From NCBI RefSeq assembly GCF_009914755.1, contig NC_060928.1: a stretch of 64,000 nt of DNA; one strand, given 5' to 3'. Positions 12,481 through 26,505 of the stretch are shown here, one piece after another. Made by a program: the position numbers and the translations under genes. The notes below the pieces were generated by a model that was given only the letters and a program-made list of their open reading frames with translations, was not told the DNA's origin and did not search any database. Source of the DNA: the human T2T-CHM13v2.0 reference genome, Homo sapiens. Each line of letters starts with the position of its first letter. The stretch's first letter is position 1.

Positions 12481-12561
12481 CAGGTAACACATTATTCACA
12501 ATAACAAAAATGTGTAAAAGACAGGTAACACATTATTCACAATAAAAAAATGTGTAAAAGA
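12481..12561. repeat. 41-bp tandem duplication within L1MB
   Basis: caggtaacacattattcacaataa(c)aaaaatgtgtaaaaga at 12481 and 12522. Confidence 0.95.
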
Positions 12562-13214
12562 CCTAAATATTCAAGGATGAATTAATGGATAAACAAAATG
12601 GGTGTATACATATAATGGGATATTATTCAGCATTAAAAAAGAATGAAATTCTGATACATTCTACAACATAAATGATCCATAACAACATTATGATGATAGG
12701 TAGAATAAGCCAGACACGAAAACCAAATATGGTACAATTCCATTTATATGTGGTACTTGGAATAGCCTAATTCTAAGACAGAAGGTGTAGTGGCTACCTG
12801 AGACTAGGGTATAGGAAAATAGAAAGCTGTTTAATGTGCACAAAATTTCTATTTGGGATGATGAGAAAGTTCTGGAGATAGAGAGTAGTGATGGTTGCAT
12901 AAAAGTTTGCCACTGATTTGTACACTTAAAAATGGTAAATATTATGCTATATATAGTTTACTACAATAAAATAAATAAATAAAAATATGCCTCTTTCTCT
13001 TTTCATTTGCTTCAGAAATTAGATTTTTATTATCAGAGTAAGAGATAACATGAGAAAGAGTAACCTGAATGATTGATTGCTAGTTTTTATTGTCTAAATT
13101 TGGCAGATGTTTTCTTATCTCAAATTTACTTAGATTTACCTGGGATCTTAGAAAAAAGATATAGTCATCTTTAAGAATTGAAACATGGTGTCAAACAATT
13201 CTCACTCCACCATA

Positions 13215-13355
13215 ACAAGCTGAATATCTTTGACCAAGTTAACTTACATCACCAAGCCTCAGTTCCTCCATCCAGTCGAACTGTAAGGAAGCTAAACTGA
13301 GATGTACATTTTAAGAAATTTGCACAGTACCTGATGCACATTGAATGCATATTTA
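13215..13355 (+). mobile_element. MIR relic
   Basis: ttgaccaagttaactt...aagcctcagttcctccatc...gcacagtacctgatgcaca. Confidence 0.6.
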
Positions 13356-15119
13356 ACAATCTTTAAAATGTAGGTATTTTACTAATAGCTATACATTTCA
13401 AGTATATATATTTATTAGAATACAATATTCGATTTGTATTTTTAGAGTAGGCTTTATGCAAGTATGTGTGTATAATTTTTCTTATGTGTGTGAGAGGAAG
13501 ATTCTTTTTTTCCATTTCATATTTTGCACCCTAGTCAAGATTACTTCTGTGAAATGTTAAGTGGTTGTGTATTTTCAGATTGCATTATTTTGTTATATCT
13601 ATAGAACTTTTCATAATATTTAATATTCTAATGTGTACACAAATATCTTGAATAAGAAAAATATCCTACACGTTACCACTTTTAAAGAGAATTTCTCCTT
13701 TTTCATGATGCATCTGATGAAAGTGATGTTCTATTGCACATCATAACAAACAAAAAAGCTATTTAAAATATAACGTGTGGACAATATGATCATTAATATG
13801 TTTGTTAACTAAAATCACTAGTACTTAAAACACTAAGAAATTTTCAAGTTATCAAAGACTAAAACCTAAAGTCAGTACTGCCTAAAATTTTAAATCACTC
13901 ATCTACAGTATTTTCAGTATATATTACCCCAATTTGTTTATTTTTATTACTGGGATTTGTCATTAAATATTGATAAATTTTGTATGGCATTAATTTCCTA
14001 ATAAGAGAAATAAGTTACTATAAGGAAAACCTTGTATATTCTATCTAATCTAGATGCAAAATTATAATGATTTAAACTGCCAGAATAAATTCCAATGATT
14101 TATCTTAACCTTTAGCCATACCGGAGACAGGACAATTGGGGAAAAAAATGACAACTCTCTTCTTCATTCCTCACAATAAGAAAAAAGTTAGATCATAATA
14201 AACACTATGCTGACCTGGGCTTTGTTATATTAAAAAAAAAAAAAAGAATTAAGAATAAGTGTATATGGGCGAAGACAGACAGAACAATATTTTTTACAAA
14301 ATCTGTGTTTTAATTTTATATTTATTTTTCTACTATCAATTTTAAATTGAGAAAAAATATTTCTAGACAAACATATTTGTAGACTCCACTTTTAGAAAAA
14401 ATCTTGAGGGACTTTTAAGATTAAAGATTCAGAAACAGTTCTAACACGGAATAAAGAAATGTCTAAAGTGACTCCACCCTTCTACATCATTTGTAACATT
14501 TTTCTTTCATATAAAGGTGTCTTTGCAGTTGAAAAGCCAGCTAAGATCTACAGGGAATGCTTTCAACCACAGCAGACAATTAAAAATATAGCAGTCATTT
14601 TAAGTTTCAATTTCAAACTTCAAAACTCTGGACATATTTTAAATAATATATATTTATGTGATTTATAATTCATTTACTTCTTGGTGTAGGTTTAATGCTA
14701 TATTTAAAGCTCCCAAGTCTTTGCAGAAAATGTAACCTCAGATTATTTATTGCCAAACTTTGATCAAAAGCCCCATTGAAAGAAATTTAAGGACAGTGTA
14801 TGAAGGGCATCATCATTTATTCTTCTAATTTACTTATTATGCAAAGACCAAGCCGGAATTCCACAAATCTGCAAGTTAGATCACATTGTTTTGCATGTCC
14901 TTCGCTTAAGCTTCACCCAGAATAGATTGATTTTCCTGAGTTATTCTCTGAAATTAGTACATGAAGTAAAGAGTTCTATAAAACCTACTGTTCTATCAGG
15001 TAGATTATTGCAGATATTGATTAATATTTTAATTCTCTGTATAAAATCCTTTCAAGAAATTTTCTCAGTTTTAAGTGCTAGAAATTTTTTGTCAATTATA
15101 ATTTATTTCATTTATTGGC

Positions 15120-16200
15120 TAAAATTGTATTGCATTCTCAATATGTGTTAGATATTATGTTATGTAGTGGACCCATCAGAGTAGACAAAAACAGTTCCAG
15201 TGGAGAGAGACCTAAAAATCAATAAATATATGACAACGACAGCATTGAATTCTCGGTAGGAAAGTTAACTATGGTAAAGAAAAAGATTAATGGAAGATTG
15301 AGGTTGTTTTTATTAAATACAGGTTGGTGAGAAAAGAAAAGACTTCTGACCTTTCATACATTAAAAAAAATCAAGCAAGGTATTCAAATATCAGAATGAA
15401 GAATGTTTTGTTTCTGAAAAAGCAAATGTTGAATCTTTGCTTTAGGAGTTTTTATGAGGTATTGGAAAGTGGTAGAAAGGTCATTGTGAACCGAATTTTT
15501 AAAAAGATGGGAAAAGTATTAAAGAAGTCATAGTATGTTCAATAACCAGTTAACGTATTGACATACAGTTTAGAGTAAGAAGTCCATGTTTTATTCTAGA
15601 GAGTTTTGGGTAGCCATTGGAGGTTTTCTGGGGGAAAAAAAGTATATAATAAATGTCAGTTTTAAAGAATTGAACTTCTGTGTGAAGAACGTATTATGTG
15701 TATGTGGAAGAATATAGTCATCTATCTCTTAACCACTGGTGTATGTTCTGAGAAATGAATCATTAGGTGATTTCTATATTGAGCAAACATCATAGAGTAA
15801 TTACACAAACCATGATAGCATAGCCCCTCACACATCTAGACCATATGGTATAGTCTATCACTCCTAGGCTATAAAACTGTACAGCATATTACTGCACTGA
15901 GTACTATAGGCAATTTTAAGACAATGATGAGTATTTGTGCATCTAAATATAGGAAGTTTACAGTAAAAATATGATTTTACAACCTTATGGGACCACTCTC
16001 CTATATGTTGTCTGTCCTTGACCAAAACATCATTTTGCAGTACATGACTGTACTTAAAATTGAAAGGAGAAGACTACCTGGAAGGCAACTTCAGTAGTCC
16101 ACATGCAGATGTTGGTGGCTGGTGCTCTTGTGAAACGAGAGAATGAGGACAAATTTGTTTAGAGTTGAGGCATACTTTGAAGATTTCATTCGTGGGAACT
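15120..16200 (-). mobile_element. L2 relic interrupted by Tigger3a
   Basis: L2-like purine-rich segments (agccattggaggtttt, ggaaggcaacttcagtagtcca) on both sides of the transposon. Confidence 0.4.
15715..16050 (+). mobile_element. Tigger3a (MER7A) TcMar DNA transposon
   Basis: TIRs (t)agtcat...atgactg, TA on both flanks, interior aacatcatagagt...ctcctaggctataaaactgtacagcat matches the Tigger3a consensus. Confidence 0.9.
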
Positions 16201-19200
16201 GGACATGATTTCATTTTGTTCAGTGTTAGACATATAAGATACTATTATTTATGCTTTGCTTTAAAAACTCAGAGAATAAATATTGTTGCTCAAGTTTACG
16301 TTGTGCTGAATTCAGAACTAAATTTCCTTGTTTTCTCAATCTTTAGTAGATTTTGTGTTGATATTTCTATTTCAGATTTTTAGAGATTACTGCCTTTACA
16401 TTTTACTATACTTATTATGGTAAACTACATTAAAAGCTTGATAAAATTCAGTGAGACCTAAATGAATTTTGAAAAATGCAGTCATTTTTAACTTTGGTGT
16501 TTGAAAGAACTATGATTAAATTTTGGGGCAAATTATGTACTCAGCAGACCTATCTACCAATTACAATGCTGAAGAAAATATACTTAAATAAATACCAACT
16601 GTTTGAGGTAGATTATATATCATTGAGTTATTATGTTTGTTTTGAATTTTTACTATATTTTGTACAAGGTTTTATGAATAACTAAGACAGAAATATTCAA
16701 TTCCCAACTAAAATAAATGGCAACTCCTTTTACAATTGAATTAACTTTTCTGATACGCCAAATGCTTTGTTCATTCACTGACAAAATAAAATTATCTGAA
16801 ATTCTAGCATTACTGTTAAAATGTCAATGGCAAATGACAAAATTTTTATAAAAATGTGTTTATAAAGTATAATTCATTAACGAATTTTAGAATAAAATTA
16901 TACTAATTTATCATTTCCATGAGTGGCCATTGTTGCTGATTGCACTTTGCCAATTTTACCTTTCTTATTTTTGTACCACTACTGTATATAAGATTATCAC
17001 ATCATTTGTATACCATTAAAATGGAGAAGGTATGTGCAAATAAGTATATAACCATAACTATGACTTCATATTTGTGTCAACAGACATCCAGCAATAGATA
17101 ATTTATTTTGCTTGAAGAAACAAGCTCTGGGAAACTTAATTTAATCATACATTTCCTTATAAACATCTAAAATATAAAAGGCTATTATTCACTAAATCTG
17201 CTGTTCTGAATCTTGATGTCAAAGACATACAAAGTAACAGTGAAACATTTCAAGCACATTTTTCTCCACTGGTTTCATCTGACAGCAGATAAAAATATAC
17301 TTATCTCTCCATATAAATGTTGCAATACAATCATCAATACACTGTCAAGATATCATTAAATACATATTGCTATCTCATCTGTCTGCAAAAGAGTTTGACA
17401 TTACTAATGTTAATAGAAACTTCATGCTATATTGTCAAATGAAACAACAATCAGTGAATGTTACTCTAAGCTTTTTAAGATGATTGTGATATCTTAATAT
17501 TTATTCTTTGCCAATACAGATTGCTAAAAATTGCTGATAAACATACAAAATAATGAAACACTAAGAATACATTACTGATAGACTTTAATGTGTATCACTT
17601 TTCCATCAGCTACAGTAACAACTTATAATAATGGAAAGTTTCTGATGTTTTTGTTAAGATGTTTTTCATCTACCCTTTTATCCATGTCTTATTCTACATC
17701 TTTACTAGATTAGAAAGATCTCTCAAAATGCTCTTTTAAATACATTTTTATAGAATTACTGCTATTATTGATATTTTTCTTTAAGATTAACTTTAGAGCC
17801 ATTTATAATGACCAATAGTCTTTCAGCAGCTGTATACAATGTGTAAACTATTAATTATTTCCCAATTTGCCTCTCATTCCAAAACACAGTCTTGCTGAGG
17901 TCTTCATCTATTCTTGCTTGATCAGTCTCTGCTTTCCAGGCTCTACTCTTTTCTTCAAACACCACAACTTCCACACTGAGTGGGACTTAGCAGTATAAAT
18001 CCAGGTAGTTCCTATCTCTCAACTGTCTTATTTATATTTCTGTCATTAACTCAGTATTATCTAAGTAAAAATGTTCAAACCATTGGGATCACTAAATTCA
18101 ATGTCCATAGAAATTGATTATAAATCAACTATTTGGCCTTTTATTTCCACCACTTTTTCATAAATTCTTTTATCTATTCACACTGCAATATTTTTATGGA
18201 TACAAACTATATCCACACAACTTAATACTTTTATTCAAATTATTTCTTATAACTGATATGCATTATATTTTTCATGGGAGACATCTTACCATTTGTTGGA
18301 TTTAGTTAAATTGACACTCTAAAGTTTGTTTGCGACCTTCAAAAATCTGTGGTTAAATTAATATTTGTTTTCTTTGTTCCCTAAGGATATATTTTTCCAA
18401 TCCAACTAACTTGTGCTAAAGTCAATTTTTAATAACTTATTTTCTTTCTATATTGAACTGCTTAGATTAAAACCATTAATTGGAAGAGCTAACTTAAGTA
18501 TTTCCCTAAAATTTAGGACGATGGGAAAAAAAGACAACTATATGAGCAAAATATTAAGTGACAATAATAAATTACCGAGCAAGTATAATATCTGTGAATA
18601 GGCATTCTTACAGGAGAGAAGAAAAATAACAAAGGTTATTGATTATTAAATGAAAGAAGTTAATGATCCTGGATTATTGCACATTTTACTTAAATTCTTT
18701 CAATTCTGTATTTGGTATTTTACCAAAACTATTAATTGTCATACTATCCTCATCAATCTGTGCACATAGTCTATGCAAAGCCTGAAGATATTCCCAAATA
18801 TCCACCACTTTTCTTCTTCAGACTTAGCAATTAAGTGTTGCAATTTAGCTGATTACATTTTTGTACAGAGTAAAGACTGTATATCCCAGAGTTCTTTGTC
18901 ATAGGATTATCTCCCAAATAATGGAACCAACAGACTTTGGCAGATCTTTAAGAAATAACAGTGGTTTCACATCCTCTTTTCCTTCATTCTGATACCTAGA
19001 ATGTGAACATTGTGGTAAACCATTTTGGAGCACGGCAGAAATTCAAAGTGAAGATATTGCAGTGATTTATAATTTTCGATTATATTATTTTCCATTTTAT
19101 TCCTATCTACCTATCTTACCTATTTATGCATATAATGACATTCAATGTAAAATATGTATAACCCAATTTAATGCAACTGATAAAGATAAAAAGTAAAAGG

Positions 19201-20172
19201 TCCATTTATAGGTGCTACAATTAAAAAGATGTTTTCAGATAGTGAGATATTATATATACAGTTACAAATTAAAATATAACATCCAAATAATTATTTTCTT
19301 TTGTAAATTTATTTCAGAATTAGCGTATTATATATAGGTTTGAGAAAAAATAACTTTCTCATAACATACAGAAAATTGAATAGTATACTAATAAATATGC
19401 ATCTGATTTTAAAGTTTTAATTTTGGATCTCTAGTTTTATGATGAGCTGTTAATCCCAATACAATCAAACCAACCTCCTTATTTCAGATAGAGACAATGA
19501 AGCAAGTGACATGGCATCAGGGTGACCAGCATGGCTGCTCAACTCGGCACTCTCACCACCCCAAAGTGACCTCAAATGCCCTTTCTCTCTTCCCATAATA
19601 TCTGTGTATTTATATATTTCTGTATCAACCTTCAGCCTTTATCACCTAGACATGTAATACTGTTTGGCACTCCACAGCATTTCACAAGATCCCTTGAGAA
19701 ATTATATACGTTTCTAAAAGAGAATAGAATGCAAGTTATGTGGGTCACAACCATTTGTTCCAAGACTCTGTAATAGAGTAAGCTCAGCTATACTTGCTTT
19801 ATGTAGACATGAGCAATGTCTCTGAAGAAATAAACCCACAGTGGTTTTCAGTGAATTAGAAAGTGCAGCAGAGCCGGATTTCAAAGCTGTCTTCCAAATT
19901 TCACAGATGAAGCCAAGCCATAATGATGACAATTTGTTTTATTAGTAACCAACCCTCCTAAATGTGATCTAAAAGGGGTCAACTTCATATTGTTCATTTT
20001 ATAGTGAACTAGTATTAGAATCAGCTTCCTGGGGTACATATTTTCAACCCAGCATACTTAAAATGCACTTGATTTTAATCTAGTGTTTTCTCTAATATTT
20101 TTTAATTTTTTTTAGTATTCAGTTTGAAAAACTATATACATAACTCTTAAAAGATAAAGAGATGTAAATGTA

Positions 20173-20246
20173 TTTTTTTTTTTTTTGAGACGGAGTCTCG
20201 CTCTGTTGCCCAGACTGGAGTGCAGTGGCATGATCTTGGCTCACTG
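20173..20246 (-). mobile_element. Extremely 5'-truncated Alu (last ~60 bp plus polyA)
   Basis: T14-gagacggagtctcgctctgttgcccag...ggctcactg flanked by TSD tgtaaa(t/c)gta at 20163-20172 and 20247-20256. Confidence 0.92.
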
Positions 20247-20479
20247 TGTAAACGTAATTCCAAATGGCATAAGCAAATAATTTTATAATTTTATACCTAT
20301 CGCATTAGAATATCTACACATCTGTATGTAATTAGATGCTTTAACATGATGCATCTATATGTAATGCACACTCTAATTTGTGCTAGCCAAAACCATTATA
20401 ACATGCTTAACACATTTCGTTCATGAACTTATATATTTCAACAAAAATAATAATTTAAATTAAGTGATTTATTTTATTA

Positions 20480-20735
20480 TAATAGGTACTACCAGGGAAG
20501 GTATAGAGAGGGTCATAAAAGATTGTGAAATTATGCATGGAAAAGAAACATGAGCATTAATGATCTGACTTGGAACGTTCCCAAAACAAATAAATGACCA
20601 ATTTTTGATGTGATGGGTATCCTTGTTACCCTGATTCAATTATTATACATTGTATACTTGTATAAAAATAGTACATGTAATGTGTAAATATGTACAACTA
20701 TCGTATATCCATAAAAATTAAAAATTAAAAAATTA
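20480..20735 (+). mobile_element. L1MA 3'UTR fragment
   Basis: gtgatgggtatcc...ttaccctgatt...atatgtacaactat...aaaaattaaaaattaaaaaa. Confidence 0.75.
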
Positions 20736-21142
20736 TAAATAGTGTGCTATTTAGGGTTTAGAAGGATTATTCTCTCTGCTGTTTCAAAAGTAAATGTGTG
20801 ACAGAAAGCCCAGTTAGGTGCTTGTTAAATAGTAATTTAATCAAGAATTGTTGTCCTGCACTAAGTTATTGGCATTGGGTATGTAGATAGTGTTCATCTA
20901 TATTTATAAAATAGTTAAAAGATTACTGGAATGTCAAGTCAATCTCAGTCTTGAAAAGTATCCTTATCTTCCAAAATATTGGTATTGGGATAACCCACTC
21001 TAACAATGATAAACTTCATATGTGACTTTCTGTTTAAGTATAATAAGACACTTTGGAGTTTCATATTCTGTCACTTCTTGTAATTCTATATTTCAACCTA
21101 GAAATATAAAATTTAATACTGGGCCATAAAAATTCAAAGTTT

Positions 21143-21252
21143 GTATGTGTATGTATATACATATATAAATATGTATATATATTTCTACAAATATGTATAT
21201 ATATTTCTACATATATATTTATATATAAAATGTATGTAAATATATATATTTA
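21143..21252. repeat. (TA)-rich low-complexity tract
   Basis: Includes atatgtatatatatttctaca twice. Confidence 0.85.
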
Positions 21253-21427
21253 CAGTTATTTCTTTTGTATTGACATTTTAAACCCAGGTTATAATTTTTT
21301 TTCACATATTTTTTTACCAAAAACTTGACAGAAATAGAGACTAGCACAGTGCCTGGCTAATCACCATGGTGCCCAACTAGCCACCTTTTGCCTGCTACAG
21401 TGAACTTTCAACAGAGCACCCAGAGAG

Positions 21428-21739
21428 AGCCATTATTCTCAGCAAACTAACACAGGAACAGAAAATCAAACACCACATATTCTCACTTATAAGTGGGAGT
21501 TGAACAATGAGAACACATGGACACAGGGAGGAGAACATCACACACTGGGGCCTGTCAGGGGGTGGGAGCCAAGGTGAGGGAGAGCATTAAGACAAATACT
21601 TAATGCATGCGGGGTTTAAAACCTAGATGACTGGTTGATGAGTACAGAAAACCACCATGGCATGTGTATACCTATGTAACAAAACTGCACGTTCTGCACA
21701 TGCATCCCAGAACTTAAAGTAAAAATTAAAAAAAAAAAG
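21428..21739 (+). mobile_element. 5'-truncated L1PA (PA8-PA10-like) 3' end
   Basis: ctcagcaaactaacacaggaacagaaaa...aatgcatgcggggtttaaaacctagatg...cccagaacttaaagtaaaa plus polyA. Confidence 0.92.
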
Positions 21740-21829
21740 AGTTACAAAACTCTCATATACCACTTTGCTTTCATACAGTAAAAAATTAATTAATTAATTA
21801 ATTAAAGTCAGAACATATTGCCTGATCGA

Positions 21830-22360
21830 AATCAACAAATGATTTCCTATTTCACTGAGAATTAAAAACTAGTCTTTACTTTGACATGCAAGGCCCTGCT
21901 TGTACTTTGCAGATCTAGACTTCTGCTACTCTCCTCTTCTCTCTTCACGTATGTTGTAACCACACAGCCCTCCAAACTGTTCCTCCAATACATCAGACAT
22001 GCTTTAACTTTACAGCCTTAGTCTTGCTGTTTTCTGACTCAAACTCTCTTCCTCCCCAATGTGGCTGATTGTTTCCCTCATTGCCTTCAAGTCTTTTCCC
22101 AATTAACACTGTCTTAGGGAGGACTTTCTTAAACACCAACCTTTGAAGAGCAACCCTCCTCATCCCACGTTGATAACACTTTATCATTCTCTTCCTGCTT
22201 TCTTATCTATTTTCTACATATACTTACCCAAGCTCATGTTATACACACAGAGTTTATTTATTGTTTTCCCTCTTCTGCAGCCTCTGAAGGAATGAGATAA
22301 GCATTATTATTTTGGCCATAGTTTTTTACCTGTAGAGTAGGACAGTGCCTGTCATTATAA
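21830..22360 (+). mobile_element. L2 relic
   Basis: Pyrimidine-rich L2 3'-like segments (ttccctcattgccttcaagtc...agggaggactttc, acagtgcctg). Confidence 0.45.
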
Positions 22361-23023
22361 GTGGGAAATGTAGGGAGAGACAAAAACTTGCTGCTAGTGA
22401 GTTGAAGGTAGCCCCAATTGATGGACTATTACTTTTTTTTTTTTTTTTTGTCTTTTCCTTTTTCTGTGAAGTAGTAGACAAGGACAACTACAGACGGTGA
22501 AGGTTGTGAAAAGTTGAGAGAGAAGGAAAATCTATTTTTGCTTAAGTTTTAAATCAGAAGTAACCCTTTATGTTAAAATTCAAATGCATTGTAAGAGTTC
22601 TCATTGAGCAGAAGAACAAAGCAGCAGGGCAGAAAACACAAGTAAATTAATTATTGCTTTTGTACACACAATGGGCAAATCAAAGAAAGAGGCCACATCC
22701 ATTCTCAGAATTTTCGAAAGTACATGCTGCCAGCTCTTTGCCAGCATATCTCAGTGTAATAATTCTTAAGAAAAAAAAAAAAAAGAACGTTATACTTAAG
22801 AAACATAACTGGTCATCAACCATGTGAAGATTTAGATTGTAAATTCAGAAATGAAATATTAAACATTCTAAAAACAGAATGATGTTGGGCAAGAACCAGG
22901 GCATCTCTACACTGAGTGAGATCCAGGTTGGACCAGAACAAAAATTGTGCTCGCTGAGGTCTAAATAATAGCTATACATCCTATGAAAAAATTTTTGGCT
23001 TGGCCCACAATGTCTTAGGGAAT

Positions 23024-23692
23024 TGCGGTAGGCAGAATTCTGATATAGCACCATTTCCCCAAGATTCCCCACCTAATTCTGGAATTAAAGTATGTTGGAT
23101 ATTGGAGTTATGATTATACATTACCTTAAATGACAAAAGGAATCTTTTCTATGTGAGGATTTTTTCAAAGGTAATTAAGGTTGCTAGTCCGTTAACTCTC
23201 TACTTTAATTAATAGTGTGATTAACTGAGTGGACATAATCAAATCACGGAAGCCCTCTAAAAGGAATGTTAAACTTTCTGGCTTTCTTTGGCTGGTAGCA
23301 AAAGAGAAAGTCAAAGAGACTCCAGGTGTGAGAAGTATTTTACCTGCTGTTGCTTGTTTGTACATGGAGAGGGCCGTGTGATGAAAGATACAAGTGTCCT
23401 CCAGCAGCCAAGTGCAATCCCCAGCTGACAGTCAGCAAAGAAACAGGGACTTCAGTACTGTAAACATAAAACAATGAATTTTATCAACTTAACTGTGCCT
23501 TGCAGAAGACTCTTCCTCACATCCTCTCTACATTAGTCTAGTCTTATCAGCATCTTCATTTCAGCCTTAGAAAAACTTAAGCAAATAACTTTGATGAACC
23601 AGTTAATTCTGGCCTACAGAACTATTAGCTAATAAATGAGTGGTGTTTAATTCACTAAGTAATTTGTTATACAGCCAGAGAAAATTAATCCA
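23024..23692 (+). mobile_element. MLT1E-like solo LTR
   Basis: tgcggtaggcagaattct start, ccagctgacagtcagcaaagaaacagggacttcagt interior, aatttgttatacagc...aattaatcca end; near-TSD ggaat/agaat. Confidence 0.8.
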
Positions 23693-25549
23693 AGAATTTT
23701 GCTCAATTTTAAAATAGGAGTTATGGCTTTACTTGAAGAATAGAAAAATTTTGGAAAATCCAGGCTTTTTCTGGATGGTACAAAAGGCTGTTCGCTTTAG
23801 ATGAAACACAATCACTGCTATTGCAACTGTTTCATTCTGGACACGCTATTCCTTTAAGTTCAACATATGAATATTTGAGTTTTGATCCCTGCTCTAAACC
23901 ATACTGACCAGAGATTCTCACAGGGATTCTTTACAGATGGTAAAATATATTTTTCTGTAGTACTATGCTGTATATCTTATTAGTAGATGCATACATATAG
24001 GCTTACTAATAAACATTTTAATGTATATGGTCTAGAAAATTCTGTTTCCAGAGTGTGATCCAAAATTTTAGCCTTTAGTCTTCACAATGTATCAAATTCT
24101 CTTGTAGTTCATATTTGAAACATAAACTAGTTGACTAACTCCCTTTCAATATAAAAGACAGAGTCTGTCTTAGGATCTGCAAAGCTAGCTAAAAAGCACC
24201 TCTTACACAGCATTTATAATATTTAACTTTAAAATAAGAGTTTACACTATTAAGTTTGGATGACAGCATTACTTATATGATGAAAGGCTTAAACTTTATA
24301 ACAATCCCATTTGAATATTTAAAAATCAGTGATACAGATCAATATTTTATAATGGTGTATATATTTACAGGAAAGTATAAAAGATTAACTCCCAATCAAT
24401 GTATCCAACTCCACAAGTTGACAAGGAAAGTTAAAGTTCATGTGCAAGAAAACAACACTGTCTGCAGATCTTAAATTAAATGGTGTACCATGGTTCATAG
24501 TAATGAGATTCTGGTAAGTAGAGAAATAGTTGTCAAAGTTGTTCAGGTTGCATGATAACAAGGGTTCCAGTAACACTAAAAGTGTTTTGGGGGGATTGTT
24601 TAACCTACATAAAATTTTCAATGCTGAGCTCTTCATTTGGTAAGGAGAAAAAAAAAATTATGAATTTTAAGCAGGCTTGACCATACCATCTTCAGGGCAA
24701 AATGCTTGTCAATGTGTGATCTGAAAATAGTACAATCAAGCACATTGAAAATTCAGCAGTTTTTCTCATAGGAATGGATGTCTTCCTGACAAGTGAACAC
24801 TGGGTTTTATTTTGGCCTGGGGATTTGTTTTGATAGAAAAATTTATTTACTCGAGATAAATCTTATAAACTATGAAAACGAATCAAAACTTCAAAGTTAT
24901 TTTCTATGCAAAATGCATAAATGAGCTGACTTTTTTATGATTGTTATCTTTGAACAAAGATATGATTACTCATCGATCAAATTAGGTTAAAACTCCTATG
25001 AGTCTAATTTTTTGGTTATACATAGTTTATGACAATACAGGATACATTTTCTAATTTGAGTGCCATATGATTTATTGATAAGGAATTGTTTTCTTTTCCC
25101 TTTTAATATCTTGTTACATACATGTTAACTATTCAGAGAGCAAAGTATTGATTACTTTATAAAATCAAAAAATGAATATATTTAGTTTTTAGGTATTATC
25201 TGATGACAAACACATGCATTGACAGAGTTTCAACGCAGGAATAGAGGTAAATTATTGTAAAATAGTGTAAAATACTATTTGTATGTTGACACAATAGTGT
25301 CAAAATATCATGTCTTTGTTGCATTATATTCGAGTGTTAAGAAGTATCAACATGTGAAATTTGAATTAAATATTTTAGAAGCTAAAAATAAGCACAAATA
25401 ATAACTAAAAAGAATGAGGTGGGAGTGAGGAGAAACAAAAATGTTTCTTTTAAAGAAATATTTTCCAGAATGAACAAGTGATTAATGTAGGTGGCATATT
25501 TTTTATTTGTTTTGTAGTTCTGGATCTGGCCTGATGGGAATAACAATTT

Positions 25550-26095
25550 TACCCTTCCTGGTTACATCATGTTATTTCTCGGCTCAAATACTCCAAGAAT
25601 GAATCTCATTCAGATTAAAAACCAAAGCCCTACGATGTTCACAAGCTCTGATTTCTTTTGCATCTTTGAGTTAATCCACTGCCTTTCTCTATTTGCTCTC
25701 TCCAATCCAGCCATCCTGGCCTCCCAGCAGCCCCTCCAAACCCAGTGCTTTCCTTGAACTATTGCTCCTGGTTAGATAGCTCGTCTCTAGAGAACTGCAT
25801 GGATTAACTCATTTCCTTCAAGGGTGAGCTAAAATGTCATCTTTTGAAAATATTTCTTTTGCACACTTTTAAAAGAACCGAACGTACCTGCCCTCACCTC
25901 CCATTTCACACCAGAACTCACTCTTCCTCTTACCTACTTTCTTCACTTCTGTAGCATGCATTCATATCTAAAATATTTTACACATATAACTTATGTGCAT
26001 GTTAATTTTGTTAGTTTCTTAAAGAGATTGCAGAATGTCAGCTCCAGAAATGCTTACTAAAGAGAAGTCAGGAACAAAATATTTGTTCAGTAAAT
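25550..26095 (+). mobile_element. L2 relic
   Basis: ggctcaaatactcc..., ccagccatcctggcctcc, aatgtcagctcca. Confidence 0.5.
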
Positions 26096-26102
26096 CACAT
26101 AT

Positions 26103-26182
26103 ATACGTTGGTGCAAAAGCAGTTCTGGTTTCTGCCATTACTTTCAATGGAAAAGACTGCAATTACTTTTGCACCAACCTGA
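26103..26182. mobile_element. MADE1 (Hsmar1-derived MITE)
   Basis: 80-bp near-palindrome gttggtgcaaaag...cttttgcaccaac followed by TA. Confidence 0.93.
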
Positions 26183-26505
26183 TACATGTTTTATAAGGAG
26201 TTATATATGTATCACACCTCCATTTCTGTTGTGTATGTGATATGTATATATCACTCTTTATAAAATGATATATATACATATCACTCCTTATAAAATGCTT
26301 ATCACTTTAAGACATATAGAAATTTCACTATTAAAAATAAATTTAAAGCAAAACGTAATGAAGATGGTGGTACTGAAAACTAAGGGTGTAAATTAGACTC
26401 TATACCAAGATATGTTAAACTCAGATATACACGTAAATTTTCTTTTATGCCTGGATTATCTGGAAAAAGCTGACAGGCTTAGCCTGTCAAAAGTAAACCT
26501 GCAAT

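Larger units (their letters stand above)
10550..12985 (+). mobile_element. L1MB-type element, 3' part of ORF2 plus 3'UTR
   Basis: ORF2 remnants (tgtagaaaaccctaaaga, tgtggtactagcataaag), L1MB-type 3'UTR (gggatgatgagaaagttctggagat...tgtacacttaaaaatggt) and A-rich tail. Confidence 0.85.
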
